Source: Fimbriimonadia bacterium (lineage in GTDB: Bacteria; Armatimonadota; Fimbriimonadia; Fimbriimonadales; JABRVX01). Taken from it: DNA of 64,000 nt. Each line of letters opens with the position of its first letter. Position 1 is the first letter of the stretch. Position numbers and translations under genes: made by a program. The notes under the pieces were generated by a model. That model ran no database searches. It was not told the DNA's origin and saw nothing but the letters and a program-made list of their open reading frames with translations. This document shows, piece after piece, positions 10,377 through 20,552 of the stretch. The DNA is taken from contig JBGPGO010000009.1 in NCBI GenBank assembly GCA_041483895.1, positions 1 through 64,000 on the forward strand. The letters are read 5' to 3'.

Positions 10377-10706
10377 ATGTACAATCTGTTCATTCCCTTG
10401 AATTACGGTCCCCCCATGATGATCCCGTTCAACGTCGTGTACGATTTGATAGGTCTTTGCATGCTGTGCGTCCTCATCAATGTCGCAGTTTCGTGGGTCA
10501 CCACCATGGGTGCACGCGTGCCGTTGTACAATCCAATCATACGCCGAATCATGAACATTTCCGGCTATCTCACAGCGCCGATTGGCAGGATGGTTCGTCC
10601 TGTCCGGCTCGGCCATGCCATGCTCGATCTCAGTCCATTCATCGTGTTGGTCGGCCTCGGCCTCATCCAGTCGCTGGTCTTCAATATCGGGAGAAATCTG
10701 ACATGA
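10377..10706 (+). CDS. yggT: YggT-family membrane protein
   Basis: Hydrophobic segments, NP...L..PI.R, LDLSPFI motif; adjacent to divIVA and DUF167. Confidence 0.8.
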   Translation: MYNLFIPLNYGPPMMIPFNVVYDLIGLCMLCVLINVAVSWVTTMGARVPLYNPIIRRIMNISGYLTAPIGRMVRPVRLGHAMLDLSPFIVLVGLGLIQSLVFNIGRNLT

Positions 10707-11242
10707 GCGAAGGCTCTTTGACTCCGCTGCAGATCGAAAAGAAGACATTCGGGCGCAAATTTCGAGGCTACGATCGCGCGCAAGTGGACGCCTTCCTAGC
10801 GGCGGCGGCAAAGGAGATGGATCGGCTTCTGAATCGCATCCGCGCACTGGAAGTGTCCGAGAAAGGCTTGACGTCAGAGGTTGAGCGTTTCCGTGGCATG
10901 GAGACGACGCTGAAGGAGGCCTTGCTGCTCGCGCAACGCACCGCGGACGAAACGCGCGCCCTCGCACATCAGCAGGCAGATCACATCCTGAATGAGACGC
11001 GGGCCCGATGCGCGAGCATGCAGACGGAGTCGGAGCAGAGTTTGGCATCGCTTCGGACGGAGATCGAGCGGCTCCGAATCGATCGCGACAATCTCGTCGT
11101 ACAGCTCAAATCACTGGTCGATGACTTTGCCGCAAAACTCGGAAAGTTGGCGCCGACCTCGGAAGCGGCGGTGCGAATGGAGATAGATGGGGATGCACCG
11201 GTCGGAGCTGTCGCTTCGCGTGACGCCGCGGTCGAGTCGTAA
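10703..11242 (+). CDS. divIVA: DivIVA domain protein
   Basis: LTPLQIEKKTFGRKFRGYDRAQVDAFL followed by coiled coil. Confidence 0.9.
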   Translation: MSEGSLTPLQIEKKTFGRKFRGYDRAQVDAFLAAAAKEMDRLLNRIRALEVSEKGLTSEVERFRGMETTLKEALLLAQRTADETRALAHQQADHILNETRARCASMQTESEQSLASLRTEIERLRIDRDNLVVQLKSLVDDFAAKLGKLAPTSEAAVRMEIDGDAPVGAVASRDAAVES

Positions 11243-11492
11243 CGAGGTTTCTGTCTCGCCGGAGGGGGCCGTTCATGTGCGCGTAACAGCCGCTCCAACA
11301 GACGGCGAGGCCAACAAGGCCGTTATCGAGCTTCTCGCGAAAACCCTCGGCATCCCGAAATCCAATATCGAGATTCTTTCCGGCGGCGCATCGCGCCAGA
11401 AGCGCATCGCCATATCGGGACTGACGCCTCAACAGATATTGGTCTTCTTAATGCAAAAAGGGCGGGGACGAACGCCCCGCCCTAACGGGTGA
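11187..11492 (+). CDS. DUF167 (YggU-like) protein
   Basis: LRVTPRSSRNEV...VTAAPTDGEANKAVIELLAKTLGIPKSNIEILSGGASRQK. Confidence 0.88.
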   Translation: MGMHRSELSLRVTPRSSRNEVSVSPEGAVHVRVTAAPTDGEANKAVIELLAKTLGIPKSNIEILSGGASRQKRIAISGLTPQQILVFLMQKGRGRTPRPNG

Positions 11493-11494
11493 AC

Positions 11495-12328
11495 CTATCG
11501 ATATTCGGGATAGATGTTCTTGTTGCAGACATACATCGGCCGCCGCAACCGATCGTAGATCAGGCGATTGGCATGACCGTCCGTCCACAACATATTGGCT
11601 CCGTCGAAATGTACCCACTTGAAGTGGTCGCGTAGACCTTGATCGTTGGGAGGCGATTCATACCAGTCTGGATCGGCTCTTGGACTCTCAAGAAAGTTGC
11701 AGATCGGGACAGGAGCCCAATGCTCCCAGGCGACGACCGTGTATGCCGGATGAGTGATGTCCCCATCCCTTGCAGCCGCAAAATTCCGGCCATTCCCGGC
11801 GGAATCCAATGTCCTTTTCGTAAGAGGTCCGTATTCCGCATTGGGAGGGTTTCGCCAGCCGCTGTTCTGTGGATACCAGCCGTTGCCGGCGACGATGCTC
11901 TGCGCTTCAACCGGTTTAACAGGGCATTTTAGAACGTCGTAGCTTTTGAGATACGGATCGATCATTCCCGGATGGATCTTATTCGTCGCCGGTTGGTCGA
12001 TGTCTCCCCGCCCACCCGCATTGGCGTTGTCGTAGCCGAACCATGGCTTTTCCGTGTTCCATGGGCCGACCCAGTTCGCCGGCCTGGCTTCCAATCGGAA
12101 AGCCGGCGTCCACGTGCCGTTCGCGTCGGTCTTGTACATGATCAGCGCATAGCCAATCTGCTTCATGTTGCTGAGACATGTCATTTGGTATCCCTTGGCC
12201 CGCGCTTTCGCAAAAACCGGGAAGAGGATGGCCGCGAGAATGGCGATGATGGCAATAACGACGAGGAGCTCGATCAGAGTAAATCCAAGCCGAGTCCTCA
12301 AGGTGACATGACGTTTTCTCGCTTTCAT
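11495..12328 (-). CDS. Prepilin-type N-terminal cleavage/methylation, H-X9-DG (DUF1559-like) protein, copy 1
   Basis: [47 protein letters not shown]. Confidence 0.9.
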   Translation of the reverse strand: MKARKRHVTLRTRLGFTLIELLVVIAIIAILAAILFPVFAKARAKGYQMTCLSNMKQIGYALIMYKTDANGTWTPAFRLEARPANWVGPWNTEKPWFGYDNANAGGRGDIDQPATNKIHPGMIDPYLKSYDVLKCPVKPVEAQSIVAGNGWYPQNSGWRNPPNAEYGPLTKRTLDSAGNGRNFAAARDGDITHPAYTVVAWEHWAPVPICNFLESPRADPDWYESPPNDQGLRDHFKWVHFDGANMLWTDGHANRLIYDRLRRPMYVCNKNIYPEYR

Positions 12329-12399
12329 AATGCTACTAATATACAACAGTCAGCATAAATACTGACGAAAAATCGAGAAAAAGATGCTTCTCGCGATTA

Positions 12400-12481
12400 A
12401 ATGTCCGGATAAATGCTCCTTCTACAACTGAACTTGGCCCGGTGAAGCCGGCCATTTAGCATCCGTTTCGCATGTCCGTCC
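12400..12481 (-). pseudogene. Degenerate copy of the 3' end of the prepilin-like gene at 14576-15388
   Basis: aaatgctccttctacaactgaacttggcccggtgaagccggccatttagcatccgtttcgc aligns with about 14590-14650. Confidence 0.75.
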
Positions 12482-12497
12482 TTCTTACCGCGGGAAC

Positions 12498-13328
12498 CTA
12501 TCTGTATTCGGGATAGATTTTCTTGTTGCAAACAAACATCGGCCGCCGCAACCGATCGTAGATCAGACGATTGGCATGACTATCCGTCCACAAAACATTG
12601 GCTCCGTCGTAATGAATCCACTTGAAGTGATCACGGAGATAAGGATCGTTGGGCGGAGACTCGTACCAGTCCGGATCGACATCAGGGCGTTCAAGGAAGT
12701 TGCAGATCGGGACATAAGCCCAATGCTCCCAGGCGATGATCGTGTACGCTGGATGGGTGATGTCCTCGTCCCTTGCACCCGCGAAATTCCAGACACTGCT
12801 GGGTCCCAGATATTTTTTCGTCATGGGTCCGTATTCCGCATTGGGAGGGTTTCGCCAGCCGCTGTTCTGTGGATACCAGCCGTTGCCAGCGACGATGCTC
12901 TGCGCTTCAACCGGTTTAACGGGGCACTTCAGTACTCTTTGATCCTTCAGATACGGATCGATCATTCCCGGATGGATCTTATTCTTCGCCGGTTGGTCGA
13001 TGTCTCCCTGCCCACCCGTATTGGCGTTGTCGTAGCCGAACCAAGGCTTTTCCGTGTTCCATGGGCCGACCCAGTTCGCCGGCCTGCCTTCCAATCGGAA
13101 AGCCGGCGTCCACGTGCCGTTCGCATCGGTTTTGTACATGATGAGCGCATAGCCGATCTGCTTCATGTTGCTGAGACATGTCATTTGGTATCCCTTGGCC
13201 CGGGCTTTTGCAAAAACCGGGAACAGGATTGCCGCGAGAATGGCGATGATGGCAATAACGACGAGGAGCTCGATCAGAGTAAATCCAAGCCGAGCCCTCT
13301 GGTTGAGATGAGGTTTTCTCGCTTTCAT
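12498..13328 (-). CDS. Prepilin-type/DUF1559-like protein, copy 2
   Basis: Close paralogue of copy 1 (start offset exactly 1000 bp); [13 protein letters not shown]. Confidence 0.9.
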   Translation of the reverse strand: MKARKPHLNQRARLGFTLIELLVVIAIIAILAAILFPVFAKARAKGYQMTCLSNMKQIGYALIMYKTDANGTWTPAFRLEGRPANWVGPWNTEKPWFGYDNANTGGQGDIDQPAKNKIHPGMIDPYLKDQRVLKCPVKPVEAQSIVAGNGWYPQNSGWRNPPNAEYGPMTKKYLGPSSVWNFAGARDEDITHPAYTIIAWEHWAYVPICNFLERPDVDPDWYESPPNDPYLRDHFKWIHYDGANVLWTDSHANRLIYDRLRRPMFVCNKKIYPEYR

Positions 13329-13399
13329 AATGCTACTAATATACAACAGTCAGCATAAATACTGACGAAAAATCAAGAAAAAGATGCTTTTTTGCGACT

Positions 13400-13676
13400 A
13401 AAAGTCCGGATAAGTGTTCTTTCTGCAGCTGAACATAGGCCGTCGAAGCCGGCCATAAAGCAACCGCTTCGCGTCACCGTCGCCCTCACGGACGGCGAGG
13501 CCAACAAGGCCGTTATCGAGCTTCTCGCGAAAACCCTCGGCATCCCAAAATCCAACATCGAAATCCTATCCGGCGGCGCATCGCGCCAGAAGCGCGTCGC
13601 CATATCGGGATTGGAGCCTCAGCAGATATCGGATCGATTAACGCAGAAAGGGCGGGAACGAACGTCCCCGCCCTGA
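13400..13676. pseudogene. Duplication-junction chimera: 3' end of prepilin gene 4 fused to the 3' part of the DUF167 gene
   Basis: 13400-13474 matches about 14580-14652; 13470-13676 matches about 11280-11490; junction on shared CGCGT. Confidence 0.85.
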
Positions 13677-13685
13677 AACGTCAAC

Positions 13686-14507
13686 CTATCGATATTCGGG
13701 ATAGATGTGCTTGTCGCATACGAACATCGGCCGACGCAGCCGATCGTAAATCAGTCGATTGGCATGAGTATCGGTCCACAAAACATTGGCTCCGTCGTAA
13801 TGAATCCACTTGAAGTGGTCACGGAGATACGGATCGTTGGGCGGAGACTCGTACCAGTCCGGATCGACTCCGGGGCTTTCAAGGAAGTTGCAGATCGGGA
13901 CATAAGCCCAATGCTCCCAGGCGATGATCGTGTACGCCGGATGGGTGATGTCCGCGTCCTTCGCACCGGCGAAATTCCAAAATCCTAGGAGCTTCTTCGT
14001 CAGGGGTCCGTATTCCATATGGGGCGGATTTCGCCAGCCGCTGTTTTCTTTGTACCAGCCGTTGCCCGCGATAATACTCTGCGCTTCAACCGGCTTGACT
14101 GGGCACTTGAGTACTTCTCGATTTTTCAAATACGGATCGATCAATCCCGGATGGATCTTGCCCTTCGCCGGAAGGGTGATGTCCCCATGGTCGCTGGTAT
14201 TGGCATTATCGTAGCCGAACCAAGGCTTCTCCGTGTTCCAAAAACCAACCCAATTCGCCGGTCTTGCTTCTTGAACGAACGCCGGCGACCACGTGCCGTT
14301 CGCGTCGGTCTTGTACATGATAAGCGCATAGCCGATCTGCTTCATGTTGCTGAGACATGTCATTTGGTATCCCTTGGCCCGGGCTTTTGCAAAAACCGGG
14401 AAGAGGATTGCCGCGAGAATGGCGATGATGGCAATAACGACGAGGAGCTCGATCAGAGTAAATCCATGCCGAGCCCTCTGGTTGAGATGAGGATTTCTCG
14501 CTTTCAT
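13686..14507 (-). CDS. Prepilin-type/DUF1559-like protein, copy 3
   Basis: [10 protein letters not shown]..., [13 protein letters not shown]. Confidence 0.9.
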   Translation of the reverse strand: MKARNPHLNQRARHGFTLIELLVVIAIIAILAAILFPVFAKARAKGYQMTCLSNMKQIGYALIMYKTDANGTWSPAFVQEARPANWVGFWNTEKPWFGYDNANTSDHGDITLPAKGKIHPGLIDPYLKNREVLKCPVKPVEAQSIIAGNGWYKENSGWRNPPHMEYGPLTKKLLGFWNFAGAKDADITHPAYTIIAWEHWAYVPICNFLESPGVDPDWYESPPNDPYLRDHFKWIHYDGANVLWTDTHANRLIYDRLRRPMFVCDKHIYPEYR

Positions 14508-14575
14508 AATGCTACTAATATACAACACTTGCAACAAATACCTACAGTTTTTCCTGGTCTTTTCGCGTTTTTGCC

Positions 14576-15388
14576 CTAATAATCGGGGTAAATGCTCTTT
14601 CTGCAACTGAACATAGGCCGTCGAAGCTGGCCATAAAGCATCCGTTTCGCGTGCCCATCCGCCCACAGAGTGTTGGCGCCCTCATAGTGGAGCATTTCGA
14701 AGTGACCACGATAAGGTTCAGGTGGACTCGCATACCAAGACGGCTTCGTCCTCTGAATAAAGTTGCAGCGCGGAGCGAATTCCCAGTGCTCCCAGACCAC
14801 CATCGTGTAGGATGGCTGCTCGATTTCGCTCTCTTTGGCGCCGATCGTTCCCCAAAGGTTCCCAAGATAGAAGTAGTCTTTGCTGAATGGACCGTATTCG
14901 CTGAGCGGCGGAACCATCGGGCCGCTCAGGCCCCTGCTCCAAAGATTGCAGCAATAGATGAGTTGAGCCTCGGACGGTTGAGATGGGCAGCGCTTTACTT
15001 CCTCGTTCTTGAGGTATGGGTCGATGAGGCCGGGATGAATTGGGTTCTTTGGCGGGAGCCGCATATCGCCATCGGCCTGGTCCGTGTTCCGGTAATCGTA
15101 GCCAATCCAGGGCTTTTGCATATTCGAGTTGTAAGGCGGCTCGCCTGGCTCAATGGTCATGGCGGGCATCCAAACGCCGAATGTGTCGCCTTCGTAAATC
15201 AGGAACGCGTACCCAATCTGCTTCATATTGCTAAGGCACACCGTCTGATAGCCTTTTCCCTTGGCCTTCTGGAAGACCGGGAAAAGGATCGCGGCGAGCA
15301 CAGCGATGATGGCGATGACTACAAGGAGCTCAACGAGGGTGAAACCAGGCGCTCGACCCCGTCCGGTAGTGGGAATCCCGCATTCCAT
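14576..15388 (-). CDS. Prepilin-type/DUF1559-like protein, divergent copy 4
   Basis: [38 protein letters not shown]. Confidence 0.9.
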   Translation of the reverse strand: MECGIPTTGRGRAPGFTLVELLVVIAIIAVLAAILFPVFQKAKGKGYQTVCLSNMKQIGYAFLIYEGDTFGVWMPAMTIEPGEPPYNSNMQKPWIGYDYRNTDQADGDMRLPPKNPIHPGLIDPYLKNEEVKRCPSQPSEAQLIYCCNLWSRGLSGPMVPPLSEYGPFSKDYFYLGNLWGTIGAKESEIEQPSYTMVVWEHWEFAPRCNFIQRTKPSWYASPPEPYRGHFEMLHYEGANTLWADGHAKRMLYGQLRRPMFSCRKSIYPDY

Positions 15389-15514
15389 AGTCGTAGTGTT
15401 GGGGACGAACGCGGCAATAAACAGGCTGGGCAACTGCCAAATCGGCTGGGTTTGGCGTGCAGGTCAGGTATTTGGCTTAGCTCCCCCGTTCCGGCCATAC
15501 TTAAGATGAAATCT

Positions 15515-15579
15515 CTGGAGGGCGACGTTCCATCGTCGCCTTATCCGTACATGGGCGACGATGGAACGTCGCCCTCCAG
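15515..15579. repeat. REP doublet (REPIN-like): 26-bp perfect inverted repeat
   Basis: CTGGAGGGCGACGTTCCATCGTCGCC, 13-nt spacer, then its exact reverse complement. Each arm is GGAG plus an internal palindrome. Confidence 0.8.
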
Positions 15580-15592
15580 TTGGGAGCGGAAG

Positions 15593-16576
15593 ATGAAGAT
15601 TGGACTGTTTTCGGCCTTGTTCTACGACAGGCCGTTGGAAGAAGTGCTGGACCTGATCGCCGATTTCGGCCTGGAGGCGGTGGAGTTCGGGGCAGGGGCA
15701 TACCCTGGATCGGCCCATATCAATGTCAAGAAGCTGCTCGAGAGCAAGGCGGAACGGAAGAAGCTGCTTGCCGCCGTGGAATCACGCGGCCTCATGATCT
15801 CCGCCCTCTCCGTCCACGGCAACCCGCTGCATCCAAAGAGGAAAATCGCTCAGGACCATCACAAGAAATTTGTGGACGCGGTGAAGCTGGCGTCCGCGCT
15901 GGGAGTGGAGTGCGTCAATGGCTTTTCCGGCTGCCCGGGAGACGGGCCGAGGGCAACAAACCCGAACTGGGTCACATGCGCCTGGCCGGACGAGTATCGA
16001 GACATTCTGAATTGGCAGTGGAAAGAGTCCGTGATCCCCTATTGGAAACAGCAGGCGGCGCTCCTTGCCCGGCACAAGGTCAAATTCTGCATCGAAATGC
16101 ATCCCGGATTCGTCTGCTACAACCCGGAGAGCCTCCTCAAGCTGCGGAACGGCGTCGGCAAGAACGGGGAGGCGATTGGCGCCAATTTCGACCCATCTCA
16201 TCTCTGGTGGCAGGGGATCGACCCGATTGCCGCCACGCGATATTTGGGGGAGGCGGGCGCGCTCTATCACGTTCACGCCAAGGACACCCGAATCGATCCG
16301 TTCAACTCCAGCATCAACGGCAATCTCGACGTAAAGTCCTATGCCGACATCCTGAACAGGTCTTGGGTCTTCCGCAGCGTGGGCTACGGGCATGGAGAAA
16401 GCTGGTGGAAGGATTTCGTCAGCATGCTTCGCACGGTCGGATATGACTACGTTCTATCCATCGAGCATGAGGACGGCCTGATGTCATCGGTCGAGGGGCT
16501 GATGAAAGCGGTGGACGTGCTGCATCGAGCGGTTATGACGGAGCCGGTCGGCAAAATGTTCTGGGCGCGTGGCTAG
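15593..16576 (+). CDS. Sugar phosphate isomerase/epimerase (xylose isomerase-like TIM barrel)
   Basis: IEMHPG, ANFDPSHL, HVHAKD, SIEHED metal ligands. Confidence 0.9.
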   Translation: MKIGLFSALFYDRPLEEVLDLIADFGLEAVEFGAGAYPGSAHINVKKLLESKAERKKLLAAVESRGLMISALSVHGNPLHPKRKIAQDHHKKFVDAVKLASALGVECVNGFSGCPGDGPRATNPNWVTCAWPDEYRDILNWQWKESVIPYWKQQAALLARHKVKFCIEMHPGFVCYNPESLLKLRNGVGKNGEAIGANFDPSHLWWQGIDPIAATRYLGEAGALYHVHAKDTRIDPFNSSINGNLDVKSYADILNRSWVFRSVGYGHGESWWKDFVSMLRTVGYDYVLSIEHEDGLMSSVEGLMKAVDVLHRAVMTEPVGKMFWARG

Positions 16577-17364
16577 TGCGAATTCTTGTCACCAACGACG
16601 ACGGGGTTCATGCGGCCGGGCTGGCCCACAGCGTCCGCGCGCTGCAGCCGCATGGGGAGCTGTTCGTGGTCGCCCCGGACAGCCAGCGGAGCGCCTGTGG
16701 GCACTGTATCACGCTGCACAAGCCATTGCGTCTATGGGATGTGGATGTTGGGCTGCCGGTGACGGTCCGCGCCAGCAACGGCCAGCCGGCCGACTGCGTG
16801 ACGCTGGCCTATTCGGCTGTGATGGACGAGCGCGCCGATCTTGTTGTCTCCGGCATCAATTCCGGCCCGAACTTGGGCTGGGACCTGACCTATTCCGGCA
16901 CCGTCGGCGCGGCGATGGAGGGGGCGGTTCTGGGCATCTCTTCGATCGCGATCTCCGTCGCGCATTACAACGACCCGAAGCCGATCAACTATGCCGCGGC
17001 CGCGGACTTTCTCACCCGCCTCGTTCCTCTCATGCGCGATCATCCCCTCCCGCCGCACTGCCTGCTCAACGTCAACTGTCCATCATGCGGGCCGTCGGAC
17101 GTTGCCGGGGTCCGGGTAGTGCGGCAAGGCACCCGCCAATATCGCGACCGGCTGGTCTCTCGGGAGGATCCGTGGGGTGGAACCTACTACTGGCTGGGCG
17201 GTACCGTGGTCGCCGATCCGTCGGACGAAGGAAGCGATGTGCAAGCTGTCGCCCAAGGCTGCATCGCCGTCACACCCGTCCACCTCGATTTGACCCACTA
17301 CGACAGCCTGCCGGCGATTGCCTCATGGATCGAGGCCCTTCACAGTGCGACTGTGAAGGGATAG
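16576..17364 (+). CDS. surE: 5'/3'-nucleotidase SurE
   Basis: MRILVTNDDG, GQPADCV, VVSGINSGPNLG..YSGTVGAAMEG. Confidence 0.96.
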   Translation: MRILVTNDDGVHAAGLAHSVRALQPHGELFVVAPDSQRSACGHCITLHKPLRLWDVDVGLPVTVRASNGQPADCVTLAYSAVMDERADLVVSGINSGPNLGWDLTYSGTVGAAMEGAVLGISSIAISVAHYNDPKPINYAAAADFLTRLVPLMRDHPLPPHCLLNVNCPSCGPSDVAGVRVVRQGTRQYRDRLVSREDPWGGTYYWLGGTVVADPSDEGSDVQAVAQGCIAVTPVHLDLTHYDSLPAIASWIEALHSATVKG

Positions 17365-17480
17365 AAGAGCTGCCTGATCGGTTTGTGATCGCCGCCCGAC
17401 CAATACTTCTTTGACACTTTGAGGTATATTGATTACAAACCATTTTTTCGAACTGTATTGAGTTTGGAGGGAGAACAGCC

Positions 17481-19199
17481 ATGATTGATTCCATTCTGTT
17501 TCGGAGACAACTTTGTGCGGTCATGAGCCTCTTTTTTACCTATTTCGCTCTGGAGACTGCGATTTGCCAGTCCGGTGTGACAACCAGAGTCTCTGTTGCG
17601 AGCTCGAATGAACAAGGAAATCAAGCCAGCGGATTTCCCGTGTTGAGTGCAAGCGGCAGATTCGTCGTGTTTACGTCGGCAGCGTCGAATCTCGGATCGG
17701 GCGATTCCGGTTCGACGATCGATGCGTTTGTCCGCGACAAAGCGACTGGGACCACGGAATTGGTTTCCATAGATCCTTCAGGGTCGCACGCATCAAATGT
17801 GTTCAGTGGCAACTGTGCCGTCAATGACGATGGCAGATATGTCGTCTTTTCAACGGCCGATGGCAACCACATGTACATACGCGATCGTCTCCTCGGAAAG
17901 TCTTATGAATTGAACCTTACGTCTACTGGCGGCAATGGGGGATATTGCTACCATCCGACGATGAGCGCTGCCGGATACCTTGTGGCGTTCATCAACGACT
18001 CGTCGTTAGTGCCAGAGGACACGGGCTTCCAAGACGTATACCTACGGACCTGGTTGGCAGGCACAGTAAGTCGATTATCTGTGTCGTCAACTGGCGGACA
18101 GCCCAACGGTGACAGCGATTATCCGTCGATCAGCGCAGATGGACACTATGTTGCCTTTCAGTCATCCGCCTCCAATCTAGTCGAGGGGGACACAAACGGC
18201 AAGATCGATATCTTTGTTCGCGATGTGAACGGTGGGACAACGGAGAGAGTCTCGATCGGCACCGGCGGGGCGCAACCCAACGGTGACTGCGTGATGCCGT
18301 CCATCAGCGCTGATGGGCGATTTGTGGCATTCGCGTCCATCGCCAGCAATCTGGTTCCTTCAGATTCGAACGGTACCTGGGACGTATTCGTACGAGACAG
18401 ACTGCTCGGTACGACTGAACGCGTTTCGATCAGTTCCCAAGGCTGGCAGGCTTACGGCAAAAGCGGAACGTACGGCCTCCAGATCAGTGCCGATGGTCGT
18501 TTCGTCGCCTACGATTCTTTGGCATCGGAATTGGTGCCAGACGACCTGAATGGCGTGAGGGACGTCTTTGTGCGAGATCGGATAGCTGGCACAACGGAGC
18601 GCGTGTCCGTTTCCCGATATGGCGAAGAGGGGAATCTGCAGAGCGGAGAAGGTGGCGTATCAATCAGCGGGGATGGCAAATTTGTAGGATTTGGTTCTGA
18701 CGCGACAAACCTGGTTGACAATGACACAAATCAAGTCGGGGATGTATTCTTACATGAACTGAGCGCGACTTTTCCTGTCGTTTCTGGGAGAATCGACTTT
18801 GAATTGCTGTCAAATGGGGTCCTGCCGCCATCCAAGGTTACCTTCCAGGTCGCGATTGATGGTGTTCCGTGGTCGTCGACGGATGCTGATGTAGCGCCAG
18901 ACGGGTCCTACTCGTTCGAGACAGTGACCGGCAGTCTTTCGCTAGCGCTCAAGCAAACCCATTGGTTGAGACAGCGGCTCAATGTGGACACCAGCCAAGG
19001 CGATGTCGGCGGCATTGATTTCGATTTGATCAATGGCGATGCATACGTTGATAACAAAGTGGATCTGCGGGATCTCACCGCACTCTTTCTCGACTTTGGT
19101 ACGACAGAGCCGAGGTCGGATTTAAGCGGCAATGGCCAAGTTGACCTCAAGGACATCACGATTGTTTTCCTCAACTTCGGTTTGATCGGAGATCCCTAA
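17481..19199 (+). CDS. Secreted TolB-like/PD40 beta-propeller protein with C-terminal dockerin-like (EF-hand) domain
   Basis: Repeats PSISADGRFVAF.S.ASNLV.GDTNG..D.FVRD; C-terminal NGDAYVDNKVDLRDL...DLSGNGQVDLKDI. Confidence 0.85.
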   Translation: MIDSILFRRQLCAVMSLFFTYFALETAICQSGVTTRVSVASSNEQGNQASGFPVLSASGRFVVFTSAASNLGSGDSGSTIDAFVRDKATGTTELVSIDPSGSHASNVFSGNCAVNDDGRYVVFSTADGNHMYIRDRLLGKSYELNLTSTGGNGGYCYHPTMSAAGYLVAFINDSSLVPEDTGFQDVYLRTWLAGTVSRLSVSSTGGQPNGDSDYPSISADGHYVAFQSSASNLVEGDTNGKIDIFVRDVNGGTTERVSIGTGGAQPNGDCVMPSISADGRFVAFASIASNLVPSDSNGTWDVFVRDRLLGTTERVSISSQGWQAYGKSGTYGLQISADGRFVAYDSLASELVPDDLNGVRDVFVRDRIAGTTERVSVSRYGEEGNLQSGEGGVSISGDGKFVGFGSDATNLVDNDTNQVGDVFLHELSATFPVVSGRIDFELLSNGVLPPSKVTFQVAIDGVPWSSTDADVAPDGSYSFETVTGSLSLALKQTHWLRQRLNVDTSQGDVGGIDFDLINGDAYVDNKVDLRDLTALFLDFGTTEPRSDLSGNGQVDLKDITIVFLNFGLIGDP

Positions 19200-19247
19200 C
19201 GATGGCGCTGCGGCGTGTGCCGTCGTTACATGGCACTCCTTGATTGG

Positions 19248-19277
19248 TTGACACATAGCGGATCAAAGACCTATAAT
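19248..19277 (+). promoter_or_regulatory. Consensus sigma-70 promoter TTGACA-N18-TATAAT
   Basis: Exact consensus hexamers; the GTG start of the next ORF is 7 nt downstream (leaderless). Confidence 0.8.
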
Positions 19278-19284
19278 CTCAAGT

Positions 19285-19527
19285 GTGAAGCGGATTAGCA
19301 TTCTGATTACCGAGGAATTTGGTCTTCAACTTGCTGAGCTCCGGCGTCGCCGGAAGCTGAAATCCAATTCTGAAGCGATTCGGTTCGCCGTTCGGGAGGC
19401 TGTAGAACAAATTGAAGCCAAAGGGAGCACAGACTTTGCCTCACTTCTCGGCATCGGACTCGTGGCGCCGGCGAACCCGAGTCCTAAGTTTTCGTCGGAC
19501 GGCCAATTGTGGTCAACCGAACGATGA
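19285..19527 (+). CDS. Ribbon-helix-helix (CopG-like) protein, antitoxin-like
   Basis: MKRISILITEEF..QLAEL....KSNSEAIRFAVRE strand-helix-helix pattern. Confidence 0.7.
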   Translation: MKRISILITEEFGLQLAELRRRRKLKSNSEAIRFAVREAVEQIEAKGSTDFASLLGIGLVAPANPSPKFSSDGQLWSTER

Positions 19528-19540
19528 AGGAGCGTGTGAC

Positions 19541-20242
19541 GTGCGAATTTCGAAAATGGCTCTAGCGACCATGCTGGGTTTATTCTGTCTTGAAGCGCAA
19601 GGTCTGTCTCAGACACCCGAACCGAGTCCCGGCGCGTACAGGCAGCAGGTAGCCAGGCTTTGGCAGGACCACAGCAAGGGCTGCATCGCTATCGCCCAGG
19701 CGGTCCAGCGCGGTTTCAAAAGCCATCCATCGGGGAACCTCGTCTCAAGACTAAAGAAAAACGTCACCGACCTCGTGAATATCACCAAGACAACACGCTC
19801 CGGCGCATCCGCACTGACGCCGTCATCGCAATACAAAGAGTTTCAGACCGCCTACCTGCAGTATCTGGACAACCTCACAAAGGCGTACGAATACATGGTC
19901 AGCGCGCTGGACACGACGTATCCGCAACCGTCCTTGCAGGAAAAAGAGGGAGAACTCCAGAGACACCGTGAGGGGATCAACAAATCGTACGGGCAACTGA
20001 CTAAGCTATACGATCGGGTTGCACAAGACGAGCATGTTAATCTGATGTGGAGCCCATCGATCACTCCGGGAATCTACAACATGAGGGCTCTATTTGGAAA
20101 CAGCACACTGATTGTCACAATCGACGGTGTCGGAAGCTACCAGATTCCGCTGACCGCAGACGGCAACAGCACGTCAAGGAAGGCGATAGGTCCGTCCGGT
20201 GGTTTCGGAGGAGGTGGATTCGGAGGAGGGGGCGGCATCTAA
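19541..20242 (+). CDS. Secreted helical hypothetical protein with Gly/Phe-rich tail
   Basis: AAGGAG RBS, GTG start, signal peptide, ends GGFGGGGFGGGGGI. Confidence 0.65.
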   Translation: MRISKMALATMLGLFCLEAQGLSQTPEPSPGAYRQQVARLWQDHSKGCIAIAQAVQRGFKSHPSGNLVSRLKKNVTDLVNITKTTRSGASALTPSSQYKEFQTAYLQYLDNLTKAYEYMVSALDTTYPQPSLQEKEGELQRHREGINKSYGQLTKLYDRVAQDEHVNLMWSPSITPGIYNMRALFGNSTLIVTIDGVGSYQIPLTADGNSTSRKAIGPSGGFGGGGFGGGGGI

Positions 20243-20310
20243 ATGATTACGAGGTAGGAGCATTACGGTGGCCTCTCTGGGAAATGCATCGACAATTATT
20301 GGATCGATCC

Positions 20311-20344
20311 GTCCGATACGTCCCATAAGTCCGATATGTCCTAT
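20311..20344. repeat. Imperfect 9-bp tandem repeat (GTCC(C/G/T)ATAN), about 4 units
   Basis: gtccgatac gtcccataa gtccgatat gtcctat. Confidence 0.75.
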
Positions 20345-20439
20345 CGCCCAACCGGAGACTCCCCCCCAACGCACGCCAGCGTAATCCCTTTCGTCACAAG
20401 CCGCACGTTGTCCGCGCCCGGAGCGTGGATGACGAAATC
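20341..20439 (-). pseudogene. Diverged copy of the last ~33 codons of the M1 peptidase gene
   Basis: Colinear with 22151-22249 starting at the stop codon. Confidence 0.85.
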
Positions 20440-20552
20440 TGTAGGCGACCGCCATGCCGACGGAGCAAGGGGACTGGCGAGCTGGCGAGGTGCGTGGTAA
20501 GATGGATTTCAGTCATTTCCCTGAGAATCAAAGTTGGGTAGGAGGACGAATC

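Noticed and set aside
7016..11048. Long antisense ORFs opposite folC, gatB and divIVA (and similar ones elsewhere)
   Set aside because: Shadow frames expected in high-GC coding DNA; no motifs.
11495..15388. Diversity-generating retroelement acting on the prepilin paralogues
   Set aside because: No reverse transcriptase in the window, and differences between copies are not visibly confined to adenines.
14651..15592. 641-aa ORF 14651-16576 as one protein
   Set aside because: The 5' half is antisense to prepilin gene 4; the real gene starts at 15593 (MKIGLFS).
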